40,000 nucleotides of DNA from Erwinia phage vB_Ea277G. Position 1 is the stretch's first letter; every line of letters begins with the position of its first letter. The notes beneath the pieces are model-generated. The model made no database searches, had not been told where the DNA came from, and saw nothing but the letters and a program-made list of their open reading frames with translations. Shown one piece after another: positions 27,178 through 35,372 of the stretch. The translations under genes and the position numbers were made by a program. Where the stretch lies: the sequence record OP991903.1, one strand, 5' to 3'.

Positions 27178-29148
27178 ATGGGTTGGAATTCTGGTGATAG
27201 TGAACACGGTAATAAGGATGAAGGTGAAGGTAAACGCCAAAACCCGCCTAACCCGTTAGCTCAGTATCGCCAACACCAGAGTGCCAAAAAGCACTCGCAG
27301 CAGCAACCGAATACCCAAGCGTCAGCTCCTCACGAAGAAGAAGTTGTCGCAGCTCGTCATGTACCACAAACCGAAACTAATACAGAAGCCTATAAAGGGA
27401 AAACTGCAATGAACGATATCCTGAACATGTTCAATCCTGGTCAACCGCTGATTCAGTCTGCCGCTGGCGGCGACGAGATGGGTAAATTCATCGACGCGGG
27501 TAACAAGTTCCTCGAAGCGAACAAAAACCGTCTGAGCATGGGTGGCAAAACTAAGTGGCAGCTGATTCCGGTTCCGGGTCATCTGACTGGTTTCCAGCTG
27601 GACTCAGTTGTCCTGGCTGCGGCCTTTACTTACGGCGACGTGAAATTCGTCGGCGCAATCACTGCGGTCATGATGGGTCGCCAGCAGCTGCCTAAGCAAG
27701 AAGTGACTGAAGGTCAGCGCCGTTACGTGTTCTCTGCGGTACCGAGCGATGTGTGGACCGAAGGCTTCAAAGGTTCCGTCATCAATCAGGTGCAGAAAAA
27801 CGTGGGCCTGGGTGCTGATGTACCGGTTGTCCTCTTCGGTGCGGTAACCGTTCCAGTCACCTTCGGTTACTCCGAGCGTGAAGTGGATGAAGTTATCACC
27901 AACCTGATTAACACCGCAGCGTACAGCATGTACGATGAGCTGACTCAGGGTGACCACCAGTTCAAGCTGGAAGATATCATTCCAGAGAACTACGAAGTCA
28001 GCGGTCGCGTAACTTACGCACCGGGTGATGACTCTACCGTCTTTGGCGAACCACTGCGTCGTGACCTGTCTCTGCAAGTCACTACCGGTCCTGCGGGCCG
28101 CAAAGGTCAGGTAAACGCCCTGGAAGGTAACCGTAACTCTAACCTGGTGCAGATTGACGGTTTCACCGACTACATCTACCTGGGTCCAAAAGATGGCGGT
28201 CGTCGTCGTGGCGGTAGCCGTGCGCGCCGTCGTGAAGTTGATGAGCTGGACATCTACGCACTGGGTCTGAACCTGACCAAGATTGCGTCCAACAACAACT
28301 TCACTACCGAGATGAACCTGCTGGGTCTGTCCACCGTATCGGCTCTGATGCGTGAAGACTGCCTGGTGAAATCTCTGCGCCCGGTTGGCGATTCTGCTGA
28401 CCTGCGTGATGCACGTGCTCTGGAAGTTGAGCAGCTGGTCGAGTTTGACCCGCCGATTCCAGCTGACCCATCAGAAGTTGAGTGGGCTGAGCTGAACGAA
28501 GCGGTCGTTCAGGAAGATTCTCTGAACGTCTTCCTGCACATCGAAAAATCCGGCCTGCAAACGCGTACCCAGCGTCTGTACCTGGAAGCGGCTGACGATA
28601 AGCACCCGAACCACCGTCAGGCTCGTATCCAGCTGTGGGAAGCGGCACACCGTCTGACCGGCGGCGTCATCGAAGATTACCTCGATGAAGCTACTCCGTT
28701 CGGTGCTCTGGAAGAGCGCATCATCCTGCTGGGCCACTGGACCGATTCTAAAGGTCGTATCCGTGACCTGCGTGAACTGGACCGTTTCTTCATGATGACC
28801 CACTTCGGTCTGGCGAAGAATCGCGACCTCGAAGCGATTGCCATGTGGGATGACGCGTGCTGGAACCGCAACATCAGCGAAGAAGCACGTCTGGCGAAAA
28901 TGGAAGAAATCATCGCTTCCGTTACCGGCAGCTACACCATCACTGGTCATGCGTACCTGGTTCAGATTAACCCTGACTGGCTGTACAAACTGACTCAGGC
29001 GGTGGATAAAGCTGGCCTGACCATCCCGACTGAAGGTCTGCTGCAAGACAGCGTTCGTCGTGGTTACTTCGACAACCGTTTCGGCGGTTCCGGTAACTAC
29101 AACGGTAACACCTTCAACTCTCGTGGCGGTTACGGCTTCGGTCGCTAA
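27178..29148 (+). CDS. Large, probably very highly expressed protein; candidate ChmA/chimallin-like nuclear shell protein
   Basis: 656 aa; strong codon bias; own divergent promoter region; directly upstream of an RNAP beta' gene, as chimallin is in phiKZ (gp54-gp55); size in the known range. No direct motif recognised. Confidence 0.45.
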   Translation: MGWNSGDSEHGNKDEGEGKRQNPPNPLAQYRQHQSAKKHSQQQPNTQASAPHEEEVVAARHVPQTETNTEAYKGKTAMNDILNMFNPGQPLIQSAAGGDEMGKFIDAGNKFLEANKNRLSMGGKTKWQLIPVPGHLTGFQLDSVVLAAAFTYGDVKFVGAITAVMMGRQQLPKQEVTEGQRRYVFSAVPSDVWTEGFKGSVINQVQKNVGLGADVPVVLFGAVTVPVTFGYSEREVDEVITNLINTAAYSMYDELTQGDHQFKLEDIIPENYEVSGRVTYAPGDDSTVFGEPLRRDLSLQVTTGPAGRKGQVNALEGNRNSNLVQIDGFTDYIYLGPKDGGRRRGGSRARRREVDELDIYALGLNLTKIASNNNFTTEMNLLGLSTVSALMREDCLVKSLRPVGDSADLRDARALEVEQLVEFDPPIPADPSEVEWAELNEAVVQEDSLNVFLHIEKSGLQTRTQRLYLEAADDKHPNHRQARIQLWEAAHRLTGGVIEDYLDEATPFGALEERIILLGHWTDSKGRIRDLRELDRFFMMTHFGLAKNRDLEAIAMWDDACWNRNISEEARLAKMEEIIASVTGSYTITGHAYLVQINPDWLYKLTQAVDKAGLTIPTEGLLQDSVRRGYFDNRFGGSGNYNGNTFNSRGGYGFGR

Positions 29149-29164
29149 GTTGTAGTGCGATAAA

Positions 29165-29196
29165 AAAGAGGGGACTTCGCGTCCCCTTCTTTTTTG
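29165..29196 (+). terminator. Rho-independent terminator
   Basis: AAAGAGGGGAC-TTCGC-GTCCCCTTCTTTTTT. Confidence 0.85.
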
Positions 29197-29235
29197 TCTT
29201 TTCGTACCGAAAAAGCCATAAGAGGTTAGAGAGAA

Positions 29236-30645
29236 ATGGGTATATTTCTAATCAACCCGGACTTCGATGAAGACATTAAACGATTGCCGCGCGAGCCGAT
29301 AATCCTGAACCAATACCATGCCGGTGTTGAAGGTATCGACGTGGTAAAGGCTTTGATGGTTACGGAGTACGATTGCGATTACATTGACACAATGCCAACG
29401 TGTGGATGTGGTCACAGTCGCGGACGTCATCTTAAAGTGTGTGAGCGTTGTGGAGATGAAGTCCTGTCAGTGATGGAACGTGGATTCTATTCTGACGTGT
29501 GGCTACAAACGCCGAAAGGTGTGCGGGCCTTTATCCGACCTAACTTGCTCGGGATGCTACTCGAAGCGTTCACGCAAGAAGGGTTCAGTGCCATTGAATG
29601 GTTGTGTAATCCGCGCTACAAGTTTGACGACCCGAACAGCATTGTCTATCGGCAGTTTATGGCGTTAAACATTCCCCGTGGGTACAACCATTTCATTGAT
29701 AACTTCGATGAGATTTTGGAAACGCTGATGGCGGCCCGAATCTTTAAGAACAACATGCAGCGTCGCCGCGATGTCTATACGTGCATCAAAGAGAACCGCC
29801 ATGTGTTGTTCCCGAAGCATCTTCCCCTGCCAAACAAACGTTCCATTATCACTGAAACGTCAACCCGTGCAAAGACCGCCGTGAAAAGTATGTTCACGAT
29901 TGTCGATGCTGCGCGTGCGTTGTACAGTATCGTGGGACAAGAAGACACCATGTCGTTGGCGCGAAAAGAATACCATGTGTTCCGTTCGCTCCAGATGATG
30001 ATTGACTTCCGCGTATTCGTGGACAAGAAGATTATCGGACAAAAGGAAGGGTGGATTCGTAAGCAGGTTGTCGGTACGCGTGACGGTCCGTCATTCCGTG
30101 GGGTAATTACCTCGCTGGCGGGTGTGCACGACTACGACGAAATACACTTGCCGTGGGCAATGGCCATTGCAGTGTATATGCCGCAACTCATCAGTAAACT
30201 GTTGCGCCGGGGTTATACGCCAAACAGCGCACGCGGTTACCTGATACAAGCCATGAGTCGATACGATGCGGGGCTACACGACATCTTCGAGGAACTGAAA
30301 CGCGAATCGGGATATAAAGGGTTACCAATACTTCTTGGCCGAAACCCAACTCTGAACTTACGTTCCATTCAGGCGCTGTACGTAACAGAGATTAAAAGTA
30401 ATATCCACGACAACACGATTTCTCTCTCGGTGCATGTACTGCGCAGTCCGAACGCCGACTTCGATGGCGACCAGTTGGGCGGAAAACCGGTCCTCTCTCA
30501 TGAAGACTGGAAAGTTGCACGGAAGCTGTCCCCGGAATCTGGTCTGGCCGACCTGAACAAACCTAACGCCATGACTTCCAACATGGGGCTGGGTGTGCCA
30601 GTACTAGCAACCATTAACAACTTAATGTATGGACGGGCTCACTAG
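29236..30645 (+). CDS. Multisubunit RNA polymerase beta' N-terminal part
   Basis: Zn element CGCGHSRGRHLKVCERCGDEV, ILLGRNPTLNLRSIQAL (cf. LLNRAPTLHRLGIQAF), NADFDGDQ (30451-30474). Confidence 0.9.
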   Translation: MGIFLINPDFDEDIKRLPREPIILNQYHAGVEGIDVVKALMVTEYDCDYIDTMPTCGCGHSRGRHLKVCERCGDEVLSVMERGFYSDVWLQTPKGVRAFIRPNLLGMLLEAFTQEGFSAIEWLCNPRYKFDDPNSIVYRQFMALNIPRGYNHFIDNFDEILETLMAARIFKNNMQRRRDVYTCIKENRHVLFPKHLPLPNKRSIITETSTRAKTAVKSMFTIVDAARALYSIVGQEDTMSLARKEYHVFRSLQMMIDFRVFVDKKIIGQKEGWIRKQVVGTRDGPSFRGVITSLAGVHDYDEIHLPWAMAIAVYMPQLISKLLRRGYTPNSARGYLIQAMSRYDAGLHDIFEELKRESGYKGLPILLGRNPTLNLRSIQALYVTEIKSNIHDNTISLSVHVLRSPNADFDGDQLGGKPVLSHEDWKVARKLSPESGLADLNKPNAMTSNMGLGVPVLATINNLMYGRAH

Positions 30646-31280
30646 TGGTAAAATTTCACTTTGTTGACGGAGATGACACCGTCTTTCAGGCCTCGGCATT
30701 CGGTATCCCCGACCGCCGTAATCTGGAAGAAGGTTATCGACGTCTTGAAGAGTACAGTAGAAACTTGTCTGACCGCGCGGTTGGGTATCTGGAGCGGACA
30801 CGTGACACGTTAACCCGACTCTTTGACCCATCGGTGCGTCGCGCCTTACACGCGCTAAACACGTCGAAGCGAGGTCTGTATCGCGATAACGTAATTCAGT
30901 ACCTGGATGATTACAGTGAAATCTCCATGGCACCGGATACCATGCGCCGCTGGCTTCTGGCTAACCCGCGCTTACGTACGCGCTACCATTCGCAGTCAAT
31001 TGAGGCCTGGGGTGCTAAACCTGGGGTATTTGATGTGACCCCAATGAATGCACCGGACCCGTATTGGAAAGCTATCCAGAATGGCGTAGCCAGACCGGAA
31101 GAGCAAGAAGACGAGACCGTGCGTTGGGTAACAGAGTACGAGATTGGTGCCCATACCGTGGAAGGCGAAGAGGAACTGTTCATTGAACAGCAACTTGACC
31201 TCTTGGCAACCCATGCGTTGGTGGATGCAGCACTCGACGATGGTATCGACCCAACCAGTCGATTCCTGGAAAAACTCTAA
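30645..31280 (+). CDS. Hypothetical protein coupled to the beta' fragment
   Basis: GTG start overlapping the previous TAG. Confidence 0.78.
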   Translation: MVKFHFVDGDDTVFQASAFGIPDRRNLEEGYRRLEEYSRNLSDRAVGYLERTRDTLTRLFDPSVRRALHALNTSKRGLYRDNVIQYLDDYSEISMAPDTMRRWLLANPRLRTRYHSQSIEAWGAKPGVFDVTPMNAPDPYWKAIQNGVARPEEQEDETVRWVTEYEIGAHTVEGEEELFIEQQLDLLATHALVDAALDDGIDPTSRFLEKL

Positions 31281-31284
31281 AAGC

Positions 31285-31313
31285 AAGGGGACTTCGGTCC
31301 CCTTCTTTTTTTG
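31285..31313 (+). terminator. Rho-independent terminator
   Basis: AAGGGGAC-TTCG-GTCCCCTT + CTTTTTTT. Confidence 0.88.
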
Positions 31314-31337
31314 TATCTCAGCTGCGAGGATTTACCC

Positions 31338-31739
31338 ATGTCTATTGTCTTCCCTACCCTGAACGGTAATGGCTACGCCACCGATATCGGGACCATCTGT
31401 GACGAGGTCTTTGCCGCCTCTATCTTTGCCCGAAACCGTTACAGCGAAATCTACTTCGGTAAAGTGGCCGCACTCGATACGTTGATGAAAGACTTCAACA
31501 ACAAACCCGAGCAACTGGCCGCCGCTGTCGAACAGATGTACAAGGATTTGTTCACCCGTGTCTTTGGAACCGCCGACGCCACCTGTTCCGTAGAGGAAGA
31601 CACGGTCACCGGGATTTGTACCATCGTGTTAGAAATTACGGGAAAGTACAATGGTGTGAACTTTAACGTCGGCCATGAAGTGCAATCCCGAAACGGTGCC
31701 TTCGTGAAAACTATAAAGAGGACGAACGGCGATGACTGA
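31338..31739 (+). CDS. Hypothetical protein, start refined to ATG 31338
   Basis: GAGGA upstream; 133 aa. Confidence 0.78.
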   Translation: MSIVFPTLNGNGYATDIGTICDEVFAASIFARNRYSEIYFGKVAALDTLMKDFNNKPEQLAAAVEQMYKDLFTRVFGTADATCSVEEDTVTGICTIVLEITGKYNGVNFNVGHEVQSRNGAFVKTIKRTNGDD

Positions 31740-32328
31740 ACCCGAAGAAGTGGAACTGACGCCTCCCTTAGAACCTGAGGATACGTCATTCCTTGACTAT
31801 ATCCTTACCGAGTACACGATGGAAGAGTTACCCAAACTCGACATCGACATCTTCCGTGCTCGTTATCTTCCATACCTCGCCGGTGACCTGGATTCGAAAG
31901 ATTCGGTGGCTGCCCTGCGTATGTGGGAAGCGGAAGTGTCAAAGAACGCCCGCCGCCCAGTATTGATTGTGGACAAAGCCGGTAACCACCTGTATACCGT
32001 GCCACCCATTACCGGTACGGTGCAGACGCGTCAGACAGGGAACCCCCATTCAATCGAATCCCGTACCCGTATGATGCAAGCGCAGATGAACCGCCTGGTG
32101 TCATTCGGTATCCGTGCGCAGAAAGAGATGTTCAATAATCTCTCCCAAAGTGATGCGCAGCAGAAACAATGGGCATTGGACTGGTACAAAATCCTGAAAG
32201 ACTTTGGTTACCTTGACGGGAAACCAAAGACGGGGATACTCGGTCCGGGCAGTAAAGGGGCTACGGTAGTTAACGCGACTGAGGATTTCGAAATTGGCGA
32301 CGTCGACTTTGTTGAAGACGATTTCTGA
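31732..32328 (+). CDS. Hypothetical acidic protein
   Basis: 198-aa ORF overlapping previous. Confidence 0.78.
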   Translation: MTEPEEVELTPPLEPEDTSFLDYILTEYTMEELPKLDIDIFRARYLPYLAGDLDSKDSVAALRMWEAEVSKNARRPVLIVDKAGNHLYTVPPITGTVQTRQTGNPHSIESRTRMMQAQMNRLVSFGIRAQKEMFNNLSQSDAQQKQWALDWYKILKDFGYLDGKPKTGILGPGSKGATVVNATEDFEIGDVDFVEDDF

Positions 32329-32332
32329 GTGG

Positions 32333-33439
32333 TTGCGTATCTTTGTGTTCAGTGACCCACATTTCGGGCACAATCGTACGCCATCCCTGTCAACGTTAGC
32401 TGCGGTTCGCCGGTATTTCCCGGATAGCCCCGAAACCGCCGTGTACGACATCTGTTTCATCCCTGGCGACTTCTTTGACCATTTGCTTACCATGTCAGAC
32501 GAAGACGTCTACGCGGCGCAGATGGCCATGGCGCACGTCCTGCGTGTGTGTGCAAAGTACAACATCAAACTGCGTATCCTGGAAGGCACGCGCTCCCATG
32601 ACCGCGGACAGTCAAAGCATTTCCTTTGGTTGAACGAAGCCATGGAAACAAACTGTGATGTAAAGTACTTCACCACCATGACGCTGGACTACATGGAAGA
32701 GTACGACCTGAACGTGTTGTACATTCCTGATGAGTACCACCCCGAAGCCGAACAGACTTATCAGCAAGCGAAAGAGCTGCTGCATTCGCGTGGCCTGGCT
32801 AAAGCTGACCTGTCTATTATGCACGGAGCATGGTTACACCAGTTGCAAGGACACCAGTCCCCTGCGTATCACGATGCAGAGAAATGGTCTGAACTGGTAA
32901 CGATGGCAATCCTTTCTGGGCATGTCCATACCTTCTCGCGTTTTCTGAAACACATCTCCATCGGTTCAACGAACCGTTGTGGGCACGGAGAAGAAGAAGC
33001 AAAAGGGTTCCTGGACATTACCTACCGAAATAAAGTGGAGCACGAGTTCCGGTTTATTGAGAATCAGCTGGCGAAAAAGTACGTGACCCTCGCAGTCTAT
33101 GACTTTACCGTCACGGACATTGCCCAGTTAATTGAAGGACAGAACTTACCGAAAGGGAGTGCTATCCGACTGGAGCACGGAGCCACTGACCCCATGCGGG
33201 CGATTCTCGAAGAACTCCAGGACTTGTACCAGGATTACATCTTAACGTCGATAGAGAAGGGCGGTAAAAAAGACAACAAGGTTAACACCGGTTTCAAGTT
33301 GTTGAACGTGGGCAATGCGGTTACCCCGCTCACGGAAGAGAACCTGGTCGGGTTGTTGACCGAGCACCTGCAAAGTACCGGAGAAGCTTCTGGACGAATC
33401 AATCACGCGGTGAACTTGGTCCGCGGCGTAATGCACTGA
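32333..33439 (+). CDS. Metallophosphoesterase, SbcD/Mre11-like nuclease
   Basis: LRIFVFSDPHFGHN, FIPGDFFDH, LEGTRSHDRG, SIMHGAW, LSGHVHT. Start uncertain (ORF track 32294; TTG 32333 plausible). Confidence 0.8.
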   Translation: MRIFVFSDPHFGHNRTPSLSTLAAVRRYFPDSPETAVYDICFIPGDFFDHLLTMSDEDVYAAQMAMAHVLRVCAKYNIKLRILEGTRSHDRGQSKHFLWLNEAMETNCDVKYFTTMTLDYMEEYDLNVLYIPDEYHPEAEQTYQQAKELLHSRGLAKADLSIMHGAWLHQLQGHQSPAYHDAEKWSELVTMAILSGHVHTFSRFLKHISIGSTNRCGHGEEEAKGFLDITYRNKVEHEFRFIENQLAKKYVTLAVYDFTVTDIAQLIEGQNLPKGSAIRLEHGATDPMRAILEELQDLYQDYILTSIEKGGKKDNKVNTGFKLLNVGNAVTPLTEENLVGLLTEHLQSTGEASGRINHAVNLVRGVMH

Positions 33440-33441
33440 CG

Positions 33442-33472
33442 ACTGCTACAGGGGTGGGTCCCCTGTAGCAGT
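33442..33472 (+). other. 13-bp hairpin ACTGCTACAGGGG-TGGGT-CCCCTGTAGCAGT without U-tract
   Basis: Perfect inverted repeat in intergenic DNA. Confidence 0.75.
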
Positions 33473-33503
33473 TCTTAACCCATCTATCTAAAGGAGCGAC
33501 GAC

Positions 33504-34364
33504 ATGGCAGCAGACCCGTATGACATATTGGCCAAGCGTGCTACCGGTGAACTTCCGTTATCCATCGGCACGTCCATGGCCATCGAAGCATTGAAAGAAC
33601 CTGCGGTGTATGAGAAGTACGATACACTGTGGATTAACATTCGTACGCTGTGGCGTAACATCTACGACGCCATTGAACGCGAAGACCGGGAACGGATGAT
33701 TAAACCGCCGTCCCCTGCACAAATGGACGCCCACTATCGTCAAATCTGTAAGGCGATGGCGGACACCATGAAGGAAGAACTGCAACAGATACGCGGCTTC
33801 CTGGACGGTAAGTTGAAAGGGGTACGTGTGTACCACCTGGGGTACAAAGACCTCGCCAAGAAGTACCCAATGGCGATTCTGCGTGTTCCAACAACCCCGT
33901 TGCAACAGCAGTACGCCGACCTGATGGAACGCACACTGGACTACGTGTTAATGGAAGATGCGGACACGTTAATCGAACAGGATAAAGGAAGCGAACTTCG
34001 GGGTGAACAGACCAAGTCGCTGATTATTACCCATTGTCCGGTTGACCTGCTCTCCCGTACCAAGTTTAACCAGTTGCGTTTACTGGAATCCCATACCGGT
34101 GCCATCAAGTCCAAAAGTCAGTGGTCCACCAAACTGACGGAAGGTAAAGAGATGAAGATTGTTCCTTTCAACTACTTTACTATCCAGGTGTTTGGTGACG
34201 GTGGGGTTCACTTCAATCGTTGGGCAATTAAAGCCCGACGTGAACTGCTCGAAGTGGCCACCTCGGCCAAGTGGACCCCGGTTACCACCATGGAAAAAAT
34301 CAAGTATAACTTGAAGGGAATGAAGGACCAATTCCTGGCGAAGCAGCTCCAGCGCCTGCTGTGA
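33504..34364 (+). CDS. Hypothetical replication/recombination-associated protein
   Basis: 286-aa ORF between MPE and SSB-like gene; function by context only. Confidence 0.82.
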   Translation: MAADPYDILAKRATGELPLSIGTSMAIEALKEPAVYEKYDTLWINIRTLWRNIYDAIEREDRERMIKPPSPAQMDAHYRQICKAMADTMKEELQQIRGFLDGKLKGVRVYHLGYKDLAKKYPMAILRVPTTPLQQQYADLMERTLDYVLMEDADTLIEQDKGSELRGEQTKSLIITHCPVDLLSRTKFNQLRLLESHTGAIKSKSQWSTKLTEGKEMKIVPFNYFTIQVFGDGGVHFNRWAIKARRELLEVATSAKWTPVTTMEKIKYNLKGMKDQFLAKQLQRLL

Positions 34365-34367
34365 GAC

Positions 34368-34377
34368 ATTTTTTACG
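34368..34377 (+). promoter_or_regulatory. ATTTTTTACG element
   Basis: Identical decamer at 26948 and 4214. Confidence 0.35.
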
Positions 34378-34432
34378 AACGGGTCTTATCTAATGTGGAC
34401 CCCTTATCAAAACCTAAGAAGGCGAATGAACA

Positions 34433-35212
34433 ATGGCTGATAACAAGCTGAACCGACCGACGCGTTTACTGGATGACTGGAACATGCGTCTGTTCGCGGA
34501 CCCCCTGAATGGCGGTGACAAACAACCGTTCATGTTCTGGGACTTCCGTTACGAAGAAAACGGTAAAGTGGCTATCCCGCACATCGGTGTTAACCTGCGC
34601 ACCGATGATAAAAACAGTCGCATCGACTTCTATACCGACCCGGAAAACCTCCAGATTATTCTGGACGAGCTTCACGCCATTGCCTCTGGTACCCGTGATT
34701 TCTTCAAAGTGGGTAACATGGTGCTGTGGAAGTTCGGTAAGAAGCTGGATAAGAAAGAGCTGGACGTGTCACTGGTTATCATGCGTGACAACGATGGCGT
34801 GTTCTTCGGTCTGGCGCAACAGGGTCGTCCAAGCGTGAAGTTCTACTTCAAGCCGGGTCGTGACGTTGTCTACCAGGCGAAAGACGGTTCTATCCTGCCG
34901 AACAACGAAGCCTCCATGTTGGTGGCACGTGCGAAAGCGAAAATCTTCGAACGTCAGTTCTTCCGTCTGATTGACGCCGGTTACATGGACCGCGATGAGG
35001 TAAAGGTTGCCTCAGAGAACAAACGCAAGAATGCCTTCTCCGGCCGGAACGGTGGTGGGAACGGCGGCCAGGGCGGCGGCGGTTGGGGCAAACCTCAACA
35101 GAACCAGCAACAACAAGCTCCTCAACAGCAGGCTACAGGCGGCGGATGGGGCGGCGAAACTGGTGGTGGTAGCGCCACTGGCGGCGATTTCGATTCCGAT
35201 ATCCCGTTCTGA
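34433..35212 (+). CDS. Single-stranded DNA-binding protein (SSB-like)
   Basis: Gly/Gln-rich linker GGNGGQGGGGWGKPQQNQQQQAPQQQA... and acidic tip DFDSDIPF typical of SSB. Confidence 0.8.
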   Translation: MADNKLNRPTRLLDDWNMRLFADPLNGGDKQPFMFWDFRYEENGKVAIPHIGVNLRTDDKNSRIDFYTDPENLQIILDELHAIASGTRDFFKVGNMVLWKFGKKLDKKELDVSLVIMRDNDGVFFGLAQQGRPSVKFYFKPGRDVVYQAKDGSILPNNEASMLVARAKAKIFERQFFRLIDAGYMDRDEVKVASENKRKNAFSGRNGGGNGGQGGGGWGKPQQNQQQQAPQQQATGGGWGGETGGGSATGGDFDSDIPF

Positions 35213-35253
35213 TTCCCTTCGTCTGAGCATGTAGCAAAGACAGCACAGCGATG

Positions 35254-35282
35254 ACCGTCGCGGCTAAGGCCGCGACGGTTTA
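35254..35282 (+). terminator. Strong hairpin, possible terminator
   Basis: ACCGTCGCGGC-TAAG-GCCGCGACGGT, short TTATT tail. Confidence 0.55.
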
Positions 35283-35308
35283 TTCCGAATCTTAAAAAGA
35301 CTCGAGTA

Positions 35309-35316
35309 TATATTAC
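35309..35316 (+). promoter_or_regulatory. Putative phiKZ-type early promoter TATATTAC
   Basis: GAGTATATATTACC upstream of the 35373 ORF. Confidence 0.6.
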
Positions 35317-35372
35317 CTAAGTGAAGCATTGGCTTTATTGACAATGGTTATACTTTTTAAGGAGAAGTGTCA

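Noticed and set aside
28304-28648. Minus-strand/alternate-frame ORFs within the 27178-29148 gene
   Set aside because: The whole interval is explained by the 656-aa + strand ORF with biased codons.
35338-35360. Host sigma70 promoter (TTGACA ... TATACT)
   Set aside because: Spacing between the boxes is much too short; the nearby TATATTAC is a better candidate.
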